Source: a virus (Duplodnaviria > Caudoviricetes). From it: 35,617 bases of DNA. Made by a program: the position numbers and the translations under genes. Below, in pieces: positions 27,379-35,617 of this stretch. Position 1 is the first letter of the stretch. Each line of letters begins with the position of its first letter. The stretch is taken from the IMG/VR virus record IMGVR_UViG_3300025390_000021, positions 1-35,617 of that record. One strand, given 5' to 3'. A model generated the notes under the pieces. It did not search any database and was not told where the DNA came from. It worked only from the letters and a program-made list of their open reading frames with translations.

Positions 27379-27834
27379 TTAAACGTAAGCTTTGAACGAC
27401 AGCGGGTCGTCCGTAACTTTGGCGATTAGTTCGTGATCGTTAATCGTCATGAACAAAACTGGGTCTTCGCCGTCCTCATTAGGAACTGGACGCTCCCAAC
27501 GGTCGCCACCCCAGCGGGGAACGCGCACAAAGTCACCAACATTTGCCCAAGAACCCTCTGGCCATGACGCCATCGTGTCTCGGTTTTTGAACGCCAATGG
27601 GCCAATAGACACGACCTTACCGATCATGTTGTTCCATTTTTCGTTCTCTTTGGTTTCATCAACGATGATGATGCGTCCAGCCTTCTTTTTGATCCGGCGT
27701 AGTTGAACGATCACGCGGCCACCATAAGGCTGCTGCCCCGGCGCCACATCTGGGAATGCCCATGCCAGTTCAACTGGATCAGACACGCCCGCTTGCCCCT
27801 CAATCGTGGGGATTGGGTCTTTTGTATCACTCAT
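27379..27834 (-). CDS. groES: GroES-like co-chaperonin
   Basis: Start MSDTK (ATG 27834, AGGAG RBS); P.GGRVIV, GRIII.DE, GKVVSIGPLAF, VGDFV...WGG, INDHELIA.V. Confidence 0.8.
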   Translation of the reverse strand: MSDTKDPIPTIEGQAGVSDPVELAWAFPDVAPGQQPYGGRVIVQLRRIKKKAGRIIIVDETKENEKWNNMIGKVVSIGPLAFKNRDTMASWPEGSWANVGDFVRVPRWGGDRWERPVPNEDGEDPVLFMTINDHELIAKVTDDPLSFKAYV

Positions 27835-27849
27835 ACTAACTCCTAAAAT

Positions 27850-27935
27850 CACCTTTGCAGGTGCGTCTTCTAAGCGCTTTATCAGCGCGGCCTCCGTCCT
27901 TTAGGGGGACGTTTCATGCCCCAGTTAAACTGGGG
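27850..27935 (-). promoter_or_regulatory. Structured intergenic leader with four hairpins
   Basis: Stems at 27919-27935, 27895-27911, 27874-27888 and 27850-27863 (GCAA tetraloop), just before the groES RBS. Confidence 0.5.
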
Positions 27936-27936
27936 T

Positions 27937-28116
27937 CTATTCTTTGCCCTTATCCTCGTCCAGCAGGTTGTCGATCTCGTCCAACACTTGTTGGAAGCCC
28001 TCGTACCTGCCCACCAGACGCTGATAAGTTTCCCAAGATTGAGCATGCCCCGAGGCTAGGGACGCGCTCAACTCGGCTTGTTGAAGCTTGATCACATGGA
28101 TCAGGCGGTCAATCAT
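27937..28116 (-). CDS. Small hypothetical protein (59 aa)
   Basis: MIDRLIHVIK...LASG...WETYQRLVGRYEGF...; below the ORF-track cutoff; ATGA coupling. Confidence 0.7.
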   Translation of the reverse strand: MIDRLIHVIKLQQAELSASLASGHAQSWETYQRLVGRYEGFQQVLDEIDNLLDEDKGKE

Positions 28117-28271
28117 TTTTGTTTCTTCAATGCGCTCAGACCGCCAGATGACTTGCCTTGAGATTGGCTGCCGCCTTTGGGTTGCAGGCTAGTGCCGTCC
28201 AGCTTTTCGCCTTGGGCCAAGCGTTTGTGCTGGGGCACGTTGATGCCCTTTTGTTCTGCTTCAGATGCCAT
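28113..28271 (-). CDS. Small basic hypothetical protein (52 aa)
   Basis: MASEAEQKGINVPQHKRLAQGEKL...; AGGAG RBS; overlaps the portal stop. Confidence 0.65.
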   Translation of the reverse strand: MASEAEQKGINVPQHKRLAQGEKLDGTSLQPKGGSQSQGKSSGGLSALKKQK

Positions 28272-30735
28272 TTGGAACTCCTTGTTGTGGCATTGCTGCC
28301 GGTTGTGGCTGTTGGGCCGATTGTAGATTCTGTTGCTGCATATCGGCAGCGTGATTGATCGTTTCGTGCGTCAATTTTGCATTTTCGATCTGGATGCGTG
28401 TCTGGTTGTCCAGTTGGTTGCGCTGTGCTTCCACTTGCAACCGTGCCTGAGCAATCTGTTGATCCGCCTTGTCCTTGGCAGCCTTGCGTTGTGTCTCTGC
28501 CATGCTGGTGTCTTTGACGACTTGAGCATCTGGAGGCAAGTTGCCTTGAGCAGATTGTTGGCGCTGTTGGGCTTGCTGGATGAGGCTTTGGAAGGCTGGC
28601 ACAAAGGCTTGGAACACCTCTTGAGTGTCCTTCTCCACATGTGCGCCCACCACTGCGTACAGTTGGTCAATGCTTGATGTCAACTTTGGATCATCGTAGT
28701 TGTTTACAGGCTTGCCACCGCGGGACTCGGCCACATAGGCGTTGCTGCGGTTCAAGTACCAGAGCGTCATGTGTTGCTTCAAGTGCTCGATCACATTGTT
28801 CAGATAGCCCGGATCAGCAAACGGCGACTGGCCCAAGAATGGGTTGAGCGCAAACTGCAAGTGATCTTGGATGTGAGCGATGTGGTCTTGCTGCATATAA
28901 GCGTATGCAGGCTGGCCAATGAGCATGGCGGCGTTTTCGTCCGCGGATGTACGTTGCTCCGGTGCAGGCACGTCCTTCATGATCTCGTTGATGTCCGGCA
29001 CTTTCAATTGTTTCAAGAAGCGAGACAACACTTTGGAGACATTGAACTGGTCGGGATACTTGTCCACCAACGCCAGCACAGCTTGGTTCTGAGCCATGCG
29101 CTGAGTCTCAGAGAAGATGTGCGGGTCAGACACCGGAACGATGTCGGTGTTCTTGGCGAAGTCGTCACGCTCAATATCCAAGTCGGTGACAACGTCAGCC
29201 TTGCGCATTTCGTCAAAGTGCCAACGGTTCAAGCGGCACAAAATCTTCAGCACACGGGCTTGTGACTCGTGCAGTCGAGCGTGAATGGCGGAAAACACCG
29301 CGGCGCCCTGTTCAATCAGCGCCTGAGTTGTGCCCACAGGAGCCTGAGAATTGACGTCAGCGACCTTTTCTTCGCTGGTGGTCACTACCCCCTTGGCGGC
29401 CGTGTCAAGCCAGCCTAGAAGCTGGAATAGCACGTCCGAAGGCGGATTAAACGGCATGGGCATCGCCACTTGACGAATGTCATTAACACCGGGTGCGCCC
29501 TCAATCTCAATCACTTGAGTTACGTCAGGTTGTGCAGATTGACCACTGATCTTTGCGCCCTTCATCTTCAGCATGGTGGCGCTGTTGTTGATGTGGGCTG
29601 TATCCAGCAAAGCGCGTAAGGCGCCAGTCAGGGCAGCGCTCAAGCCACCGATCAACTGAGGTAGGCCGATAGCATAAGCACCTCGCCACGGGATGAACTT
29701 AAACTCAACGATCCAATCTAGCTTGGTCATTGTGTCGTCAGTCTCTTCCCAGTTGCGGTACAGACCCACGACCTGATTGCTCAATTCGTCAATCATCAAA
29801 ATGTACGGAGCCATCTCACCCTTGGAATACTTGTCGTCTTCAAGTTCCATGTAGGTGTAGATGTGGTAGACCTTGCGCAGACCGTCATCATTGTCCTCAT
29901 ACTTCTTGCCTTCAATCTTGTCGTTGGCTTTCTGAGGCTTGGTGGGGTCAAGTTCCATCGTGGCGCGAGTGATGTTCACGTCACGGTACATACCCGATGC
30001 AATGCGTCGGTTGAACTCCCAATGGGTGATCTCGTGCATCTCAGCCGCACGTTCTGCCGTGTAGAAGTTAGTCGCCGCAAACGGCAAGATCACCCGGTCA
30101 ATCGGCAAGAACTCAACGCATGGGCGTTTCTTCTTTTCGTCATACCAGAGTTTGAAGTACTGTGAGCCGCCCAAAGGCAGTTGGGTTAGCAGTTGTTCTT
30201 GCTCGTCACGGAACTCTTCAATCTGTTCGGTGATCTGCCAGTTCAGGAAGTCACGCTTACGCTCTGCGACCTCCAGTTTCTGGTCATCAACCGTGCCAAT
30301 GATCTTCGTGCGTACAGGGCCGTCCGGCGGGAACATCTCTTTGATCGCCCGTGCAGCGAAGTCAACGCAACCCTCAGCCATGGCAGGATGGACGACCTTA
30401 GAGGCTCCCATAAAGGTTGCACCTCCGGGGGCATCATTGCCCATACCAGTCCGACGAATACCCTCTTCATACTGCTTATCTCTTAATTCTCGTGCGTTCT
30501 TATCGTTCTCAAGCAGGTCAATGTACCGAGCAGACAGCGGCTGCAAGTCCCAGTCGCTCATGCTCTCTGCCATGTTGGAGTAGAAGTCAGGGTTAACCTC
30601 TGGGCCGTCCTCCGGCAGCGTCACTATCGCAGAGCCATCAGGCAGTTCTTCGGTGTCAATGTCCTCTTCAGGAATGTCTACTTCAGCACTGCCGTCTTCG
30701 TTCAGTTCTGGGTCGATGTTGTCTTGCTCTTCCAT
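28261..30735 (-). CDS. Portal protein (P22-like, long C-terminal barrel)
   Basis: 824 aa from ATG 30735 (TGATG overlap). F.GAS.VVHP.MAE..V.F.ARA..E.FP..GPV, LP..GS...K...D, APVGTT.ALIEQG, DI.PVSDP; Gln-rich C-terminus. Confidence 0.9.
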   Translation of the reverse strand: MEEQDNIDPELNEDGSAEVDIPEEDIDTEELPDGSAIVTLPEDGPEVNPDFYSNMAESMSDWDLQPLSARYIDLLENDKNARELRDKQYEEGIRRTGMGNDAPGGATFMGASKVVHPAMAEGCVDFAARAIKEMFPPDGPVRTKIIGTVDDQKLEVAERKRDFLNWQITEQIEEFRDEQEQLLTQLPLGGSQYFKLWYDEKKKRPCVEFLPIDRVILPFAATNFYTAERAAEMHEITHWEFNRRIASGMYRDVNITRATMELDPTKPQKANDKIEGKKYEDNDDGLRKVYHIYTYMELEDDKYSKGEMAPYILMIDELSNQVVGLYRNWEETDDTMTKLDWIVEFKFIPWRGAYAIGLPQLIGGLSAALTGALRALLDTAHINNSATMLKMKGAKISGQSAQPDVTQVIEIEGAPGVNDIRQVAMPMPFNPPSDVLFQLLGWLDTAAKGVVTTSEEKVADVNSQAPVGTTQALIEQGAAVFSAIHARLHESQARVLKILCRLNRWHFDEMRKADVVTDLDIERDDFAKNTDIVPVSDPHIFSETQRMAQNQAVLALVDKYPDQFNVSKVLSRFLKQLKVPDINEIMKDVPAPEQRTSADENAAMLIGQPAYAYMQQDHIAHIQDHLQFALNPFLGQSPFADPGYLNNVIEHLKQHMTLWYLNRSNAYVAESRGGKPVNNYDDPKLTSSIDQLYAVVGAHVEKDTQEVFQAFVPAFQSLIQQAQQRQQSAQGNLPPDAQVVKDTSMAETQRKAAKDKADQQIAQARLQVEAQRNQLDNQTRIQIENAKLTHETINHAADMQQQNLQSAQQPQPAAMPQQGVPNGI

Positions 30736-33700
30736 CACTTGGCCTTCTTAAAGTGTTTAACGCTCATCAGTTCGTACTGCATGGCGTCAAGGTTGGGCGA
30801 AATTGTAACTTTTTCTTTGGTGATGCCGTGCCCAACAGGCTTAATTGTGCCACCCTTTTTCTTGCCCATGCGCTCTTTTCCGGTCAATACCAGATCACGA
30901 GCAGTCTCTGGGCTGACACCAAGGCGCTTTGCCGTAAATCCAATTTGTTTTGCAATCAACTCAAGCTTAGGGGCGCCAATGGGCGTTGTCACACCAGTCT
31001 GAGGAGAAAACGCACCCCATGCAAGCGCTTGCGCAGGCACAGACTCAAGCCCAACTTTGTTGGCAATTTTTTGTTGCCACCATGGGCCAAGCGACGACAT
31101 CTCAGGATTTGTCACGCTGGCGCCGGGAACAACCTCTTGGCCTTTCAAAATCTGCGGGTTACGCGTATCGGCCAAACCAACGGCACGGCTCCAGTGCGCA
31201 TCACCCACCGGTGTACGGGTCTGGAATCCAATCTCAGGCACACCAGATGCTTCAATGTACATCGGCACTTTGGGGCTGCTCATGCTTACTTCGCCATGCG
31301 TCAAAAAGTTCTTCATGGGTACAGCGTGAGTCGTCTTGTGCGCCAAGTGACCGGGTACTTCACCAAAATCAGCGGGACGATTGGGGTCACGCTTACCACC
31401 ATGCTGCACAAACTCGTTAAAGCGTCCTTGGTTTTGCAAATAGTAAGCCAATGATCCTCGAGGAATTTCTGTGTTCACCTCACTGGCAGACGATGCCATG
31501 CCCATTAAAGCATTCATCTTCTTGTACTCTTGCGCGGCTTTTTCGGGGCCAAGCAATTTGACCATGTGTTGAAACAATGGATCCATGTAATACCAAGGCT
31601 CCATCCCATGACGCAGGCCTTCGTGCTTCTGGGCCTCACCCAACACGTCCAACAGACGACGTTCATTGCGTGGGTTCATGACGTTTTCTGCGGCTTCAGC
31701 ACCACGCGGGTTGGCCGATGCACCGGGCAATACACCCAGATGCGGCATACCTTGACGGCCATGTGCCTGCTCAAACATTTCTGCACGGTTTACGCCAAAC
31801 AACTGCTTCAAGATTGGGTCTTCAGGCGCCACGCGTGATGCAGCCAATGCTGCGATCTCATCAGGTCTGCCATAGATGCCGGGATACGCCATGCGCTGGG
31901 CATTCTTAACTGTCTGTTGGCGCTTGGTCACGCTACCCTTTGATGCGTAGTGATCTACACCACCGCCATCAGCCATGGCTTGTGGGCCTTTGGGTGGAGT
32001 CATTGCATTCATTGCTTGACCTTGGGGCGTCATCTGTAGGATGTTGCTGGGCGGTTGACCCTGTGGGCCACCTTGTGGTGGTTGAGCGCCTTGTGGGGGC
32101 TGCTGTTGGCCTTGCTGGGGCTGTTGACCGGGTGCAGGAGGCTGTGTAGGCCACAGTTGTTGTCCGGGCACCGCGGGCTGCATGTCAATCCCACCAACGG
32201 GCAGTTGGCCGGGGTGTTGGCCATGAGGCAGGATGTATTCTTTGGTCGGCAGGTTGGGGGCTTCTTCAGCGCCAACATTGGTGATGTTTGAAAGGCTTGT
32301 CGGTTGCTTCATCATCAACTCTGCTTGCATTTGACTTAGTGATGGCATAGAGCCTCCTGTTGCTTTGTAAACGATGCCGCCGCGGGCTTTTTGTTGAACT
32401 GGCGGTTCATAACCGTGATGTGCCATCCCTCTTTCAGCTTCGTTGAGCCAATAATTAAGGCTTGGGTAGTAGTCATTCAAACTGCTGATATTATCTTCTG
32501 GTTTTTTAATAACATTCAGTAGTTCTGGAGCCGAGTAGGATGACTTTGGATATAGTGGTTGACCATAAATTTTTTCTAATTTGTGTTGATCCTCATAATC
32601 CAAATTAAGCAAATCTTTGTCTCTTTTTGCTTTGGCAGCATGCTGTTCTTTGAACGCTGGATGGTTCTGCAAAAATTCAATCGCCATTTTTATGCGTGGT
32701 TCGTAATGTTTTTTTGCTTCGCTTTGCTCCAAATACTTGTTATCGCCAATAGGAACCATGTCGACGTGATGCAAGTCTTCAACATTTGTCCAATTGCCCG
32801 ACTTCACAAAGTCTTGCGCGTAAGGAATGTATTTGGCTACTGGCTTAGCGTTTCCCTTGCCCTTAATTTGCTCAATGCGCTCGGGGGGATTCTTCATTAT
32901 TTTTACCGCCTCATCGTCAGGCAAATCAGCAGCTTGTCTGCCTAGTTCAGCGCCACGCACTTTGTTTACTTCAATAGTTACATGCGGCTCATTCTTTTTG
33001 TCACGCAGACTAAAAATACGAGTATTGCCACTTGCAACATCTGGGCAGTACCCACCAACGCAGTGGCCCATTGTGTCGCCTTCATACTTCAGCGCCTCTT
33101 CCAGCTTGCTGTAGTTGGGATGTTGGACGTGATTGACACCTTGCGGGTCAGTATATGTGCCGGACGAATGTTGGCTCCAGCCTTCGGGCAGGTTCTTGTC
33201 CAGAGCCAATTCCAGCCATCTAAAGCCGTTGCCGTAGTCCTTGTGGACTGGCATGCCCTCGGTTGCTTTGAGCGCAATTTCAGCCATTTTGCGTTTGCGC
33301 TCTTCGTTGTACTCATGCGCACGACGGACAGCCTGCTCCATGCTGACCTTGCTTAATTGTTCTGGACGAATACGACCCTCGGTCATGTCTTGCTTGAGAA
33401 TGTCAATTATGTGGTCAAAACCAAGAGCATTAGCATCCATGCTATTTGTTGGCGCAAACACTTTAGTTGACGGATCGACTTTGTCCATCCACGGCTCACG
33501 TCTTGAACCTTCAAGATGAGAAACATAGTTGGGTTTCATTGCAACATCAGTTGCGTCTTCCCATGCTTGTGCATGTTCAGACTTGCCAAGTTTAGGCTCA
33601 TCCCAATTGGCGCGATGATGTTCTGCTTTCCATCGATCTATTCCAACTTGATCTGGGGAAACATGCAAAATTCCCTGTTCTGCCAACGCACGAATTGGAT

Positions 33701-35555
33701 CGTTATGCGTTCCCATTTGTTTGCGTATGTAGTTGCCAAGGTTGCCTTGAATCCAGTTGTTCAAATGGGCTTTATGCTCCAATTCTTGCATTTGACGCGG
33801 AATTGTTTCACGAACTGTTGGAACTGTTTTGGCCGCTTTTTCAATGGCTTCAGGATGCCAAACCCTTTGCATCTCAGCCAATGTTTCTGCCGGATCATCT
33901 CCAACCGCTGTTCTTTGTTTCAGCGAGTTAAGTATTCGATCAACACCGCCCTTAATCCAGTTCTTTGGCCCTTGACCACCGATAGCCAAGTGTACGGGCT
34001 TGCGCAGTGCCAAAGCGGCTTGCATCTCGTCAATAGTTGGTTCCACGTTGCCTCCTTGGGCTTGTCTTTGCACGGGAACAGGATTGAACACCGCCGCAGT
34101 TGGCATGCTCAGATTCCGGTTAATCATGCCGTTGTATCCGTAGTCTTTGATGAGCCGTTCGTAATCATTGGCTGCCTGCACTTGATCCACCAAGCCGGGG
34201 TTGACCATGGACGTATGAGGCGTCCTGTTGGCCTCCACGGCAAGCTTGCGCAACATTAACGGGTCAGCGCCCATGTCATACAACTTGTCGACCATCGCTT
34301 TGTATTTATGTGTGCCCAAACCAACTTCACCACGTTCTGGGTTGCCAGCATAAAAATACGTCCGGTCACGCACGGCGCCGGGTTCTTGTAAGCGGCTTGC
34401 TTCTGCACCTTTGATGCCAGTGCCATATCTGGTTGGGTCAGTCATAGTCAGGTTTGGTTCGTGGCTAAAGTGGGTCAGTTGCGCAGTCTCGCCGCCTTCT
34501 GGTTGGATCAAGTGGCGGATGTATGCGGGAATGCCACCAGCATAACTGCCACTGTTCATCTCTGGAGGCAACAACACAGCCCTTTGAGGGGCAAACTGGA
34601 AATGGTTGTCCAGTAAGTTCTTCTTCTCGGCCTTGGCGGCTTCAAACAAGTCCATACGGCCCTTGCGCTTGGCGTCATAAGCAGTCTCATCCAACGCTGC
34701 CACTTCAGCTTTTATGCGGGCATTTAACGGCGTGTAATTAACTACACTGTTTTGGCCACGAGTCTCTGCCGTCATGGCTGCTTGAGCCAGCGGGCTGAAC
34801 ATACCAGAGTGAGCCGCCCAAGCCTTCTCTTCGCCTTGAGGGCCAAAGGTCGTGCCGTGCAAGGCATGGCCATAGACATCATGCACCGCCCGGAACATTT
34901 CATTGTCATTCAAGCCCGACTCGGGATGGACGTTGTGCAAAAAGTCATGGCGGTCGCCGCCTTGGAAAACATAGAGGTGTCGGTGGCCATGCACATCGCG
35001 TATCATCTCTTTGCTGTCTTGGTAGTTGCCTTCACCATTGCGGTGAAAACTCATGTTGATTGGTAAGCTCTCAAACTGGCGCTTAGTTTCATGGGCCAAG
35101 TGGCCATACGCTTTTTGCAGCAGTTGATCGTAGTCTTGAGCCTCACCGACGTGCTCAGGCATGTGGCGCTTGTAAGCCTCGTATACGGCTTTTTTGTACT
35201 CTGGGTGATCTGTGGCCGCCAGAAGGAATGTGCGTCCAATGGCGCCTTGCTTGGCCAGTGAACTGGATGAATTGTCAACAGGCTTGTACGGTTTGCCTAA
35301 ATGCTGTTTTGTATATGCCTCAGCCGCATGGCGAATGGCATTGTCTGGGCCTTTGATTATCCCTTTGACCGCTTCGTCCGTAAGTGGTTGCGGAATTGTG
35401 TTTCGTGATAGTCCTTGCTGGCCTTGACCGGTATCCCGATGGCTTTCGATATTGCCGCTCGTAGCTGCGAAGCCCGATGCAACGCCATGTGGGCGGACTC
35501 GGTAGAATGGGCCTTCTTGTGCTGTGTCATAGGTTATTCCTTGTTGTGTGGCCAT
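30735..35555 (-). CDS. Large polyvalent protein: HDxxGH domain + ART-like + PcfJ-like + HhH-glycosylase-like domain
   Basis: 1606 aa from ATG 35555 (GAGG RBS). Motifs: NEMFRAVHDVYGH; THFS..GTG...TYFY...GYNG; EGDTMGHCVGGY..SLRD..PHVTIE..IEQIKGKGN; WY...AS..KV...DAHWSR...QALAW. Confidence 0.8.
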   Translation of the reverse strand: MATQQGITYDTAQEGPFYRVRPHGVASGFAATSGNIESHRDTGQGQQGLSRNTIPQPLTDEAVKGIIKGPDNAIRHAAEAYTKQHLGKPYKPVDNSSSSLAKQGAIGRTFLLAATDHPEYKKAVYEAYKRHMPEHVGEAQDYDQLLQKAYGHLAHETKRQFESLPINMSFHRNGEGNYQDSKEMIRDVHGHRHLYVFQGGDRHDFLHNVHPESGLNDNEMFRAVHDVYGHALHGTTFGPQGEEKAWAAHSGMFSPLAQAAMTAETRGQNSVVNYTPLNARIKAEVAALDETAYDAKRKGRMDLFEAAKAEKKNLLDNHFQFAPQRAVLLPPEMNSGSYAGGIPAYIRHLIQPEGGETAQLTHFSHEPNLTMTDPTRYGTGIKGAEASRLQEPGAVRDRTYFYAGNPERGEVGLGTHKYKAMVDKLYDMGADPLMLRKLAVEANRTPHTSMVNPGLVDQVQAANDYERLIKDYGYNGMINRNLSMPTAAVFNPVPVQRQAQGGNVEPTIDEMQAALALRKPVHLAIGGQGPKNWIKGGVDRILNSLKQRTAVGDDPAETLAEMQRVWHPEAIEKAAKTVPTVRETIPRQMQELEHKAHLNNWIQGNLGNYIRKQMGTHNDPIRALAEQGILHVSPDQVGIDRWKAEHHRANWDEPKLGKSEHAQAWEDATDVAMKPNYVSHLEGSRREPWMDKVDPSTKVFAPTNSMDANALGFDHIIDILKQDMTEGRIRPEQLSKVSMEQAVRRAHEYNEERKRKMAEIALKATEGMPVHKDYGNGFRWLELALDKNLPEGWSQHSSGTYTDPQGVNHVQHPNYSKLEEALKYEGDTMGHCVGGYCPDVASGNTRIFSLRDKKNEPHVTIEVNKVRGAELGRQAADLPDDEAVKIMKNPPERIEQIKGKGNAKPVAKYIPYAQDFVKSGNWTNVEDLHHVDMVPIGDNKYLEQSEAKKHYEPRIKMAIEFLQNHPAFKEQHAAKAKRDKDLLNLDYEDQHKLEKIYGQPLYPKSSYSAPELLNVIKKPEDNISSLNDYYPSLNYWLNEAERGMAHHGYEPPVQQKARGGIVYKATGGSMPSLSQMQAELMMKQPTSLSNITNVGAEEAPNLPTKEYILPHGQHPGQLPVGGIDMQPAVPGQQLWPTQPPAPGQQPQQGQQQPPQGAQPPQGGPQGQPPSNILQMTPQGQAMNAMTPPKGPQAMADGGGVDHYASKGSVTKRQQTVKNAQRMAYPGIYGRPDEIAALAASRVAPEDPILKQLFGVNRAEMFEQAHGRQGMPHLGVLPGASANPRGAEAAENVMNPRNERRLLDVLGEAQKHEGLRHGMEPWYYMDPLFQHMVKLLGPEKAAQEYKKMNALMGMASSASEVNTEIPRGSLAYYLQNQGRFNEFVQHGGKRDPNRPADFGEVPGHLAHKTTHAVPMKNFLTHGEVSMSSPKVPMYIEASGVPEIGFQTRTPVGDAHWSRAVGLADTRNPQILKGQEVVPGASVTNPEMSSLGPWWQQKIANKVGLESVPAQALAWGAFSPQTGVTTPIGAPKLELIAKQIGFTAKRLGVSPETARDLVLTGKERMGKKKGGTIKPVGHGITKEKVTISPNLDAMQYELMSVKHFKKAK

Positions 35556-35578
35556 GGGCACCTCGGGGAGTTTTCGGC

Positions 35579-35607
35579 ATTATGCCAAGCCATGATGACT
35601 GTGGCAA
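35579..35607 (-). promoter_or_regulatory. Sigma70-type promoter
   Basis: TTGCCA-17 nt-CATAAT with TGn extended -10, 23 nt upstream of the polyvalent gene ATG. Confidence 0.6.
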
Positions 35608-35617
35608 ACACAATGCT

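Noticed and set aside
3576-35266. Shorter palindromes CCAGTTACTGG (3576-3586) and CCAGTGAACTGG (35255-35266)
   Set aside because: Half-site spacing differs from the 13-bp motif and they are short enough to arise by chance, so they were not counted.
1-35617. tRNA, rRNA, CRISPR array, integrase, terminase, alternative genetic code
   Set aside because: None recognised by eye. Genes tile cleanly under the standard code, and the terminase presumably lies outside the window.

Overview
A structural and lysis segment of a tailed dsDNA phage (Caudoviricetes), almost entirely encoded on the minus strand. It is probably podovirus-like, since no tail tube or classical tape-measure gene is visible, and has a Gram-negative host (Rz/Rz1-type spanins). 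In transcription order (right to left): a sigma70-like promoter; a 1606-aa multi-enzyme polyvalent protein; portal; GroES-like co-chaperonin; scaffold; major capsid protein; decoration-like and basic internal proteins; an adaptor; two tail fibres; an expanded lysis cassette; a second adaptor; tail and nozzle proteins; and a >=1279-aa ejection-like ORF that runs off the left edge and is missing from the supplied ORF track. Three free-standing homing endonucleases interrupt the operon. The strongest candidate for a new system is a short x-[A/K/R]-x-G-G motif. It recurs more than 25 times, in predicted capsid-internal proteins and at the domain boundaries of the polyvalent protein, suggesting a cargo-packaging or polyprotein-processing code. 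Other notable signals are an antisense HNH that seems to carry a recoded replacement 5' end of the gene it disrupted, a dispersed CCAGTT-N-AACTGG palindrome, an H-type pseudoknot before an RBS, and a ~55-aa beta module inserted into three virion proteins. All family assignments come from recognising motifs by eye, not from database searches.
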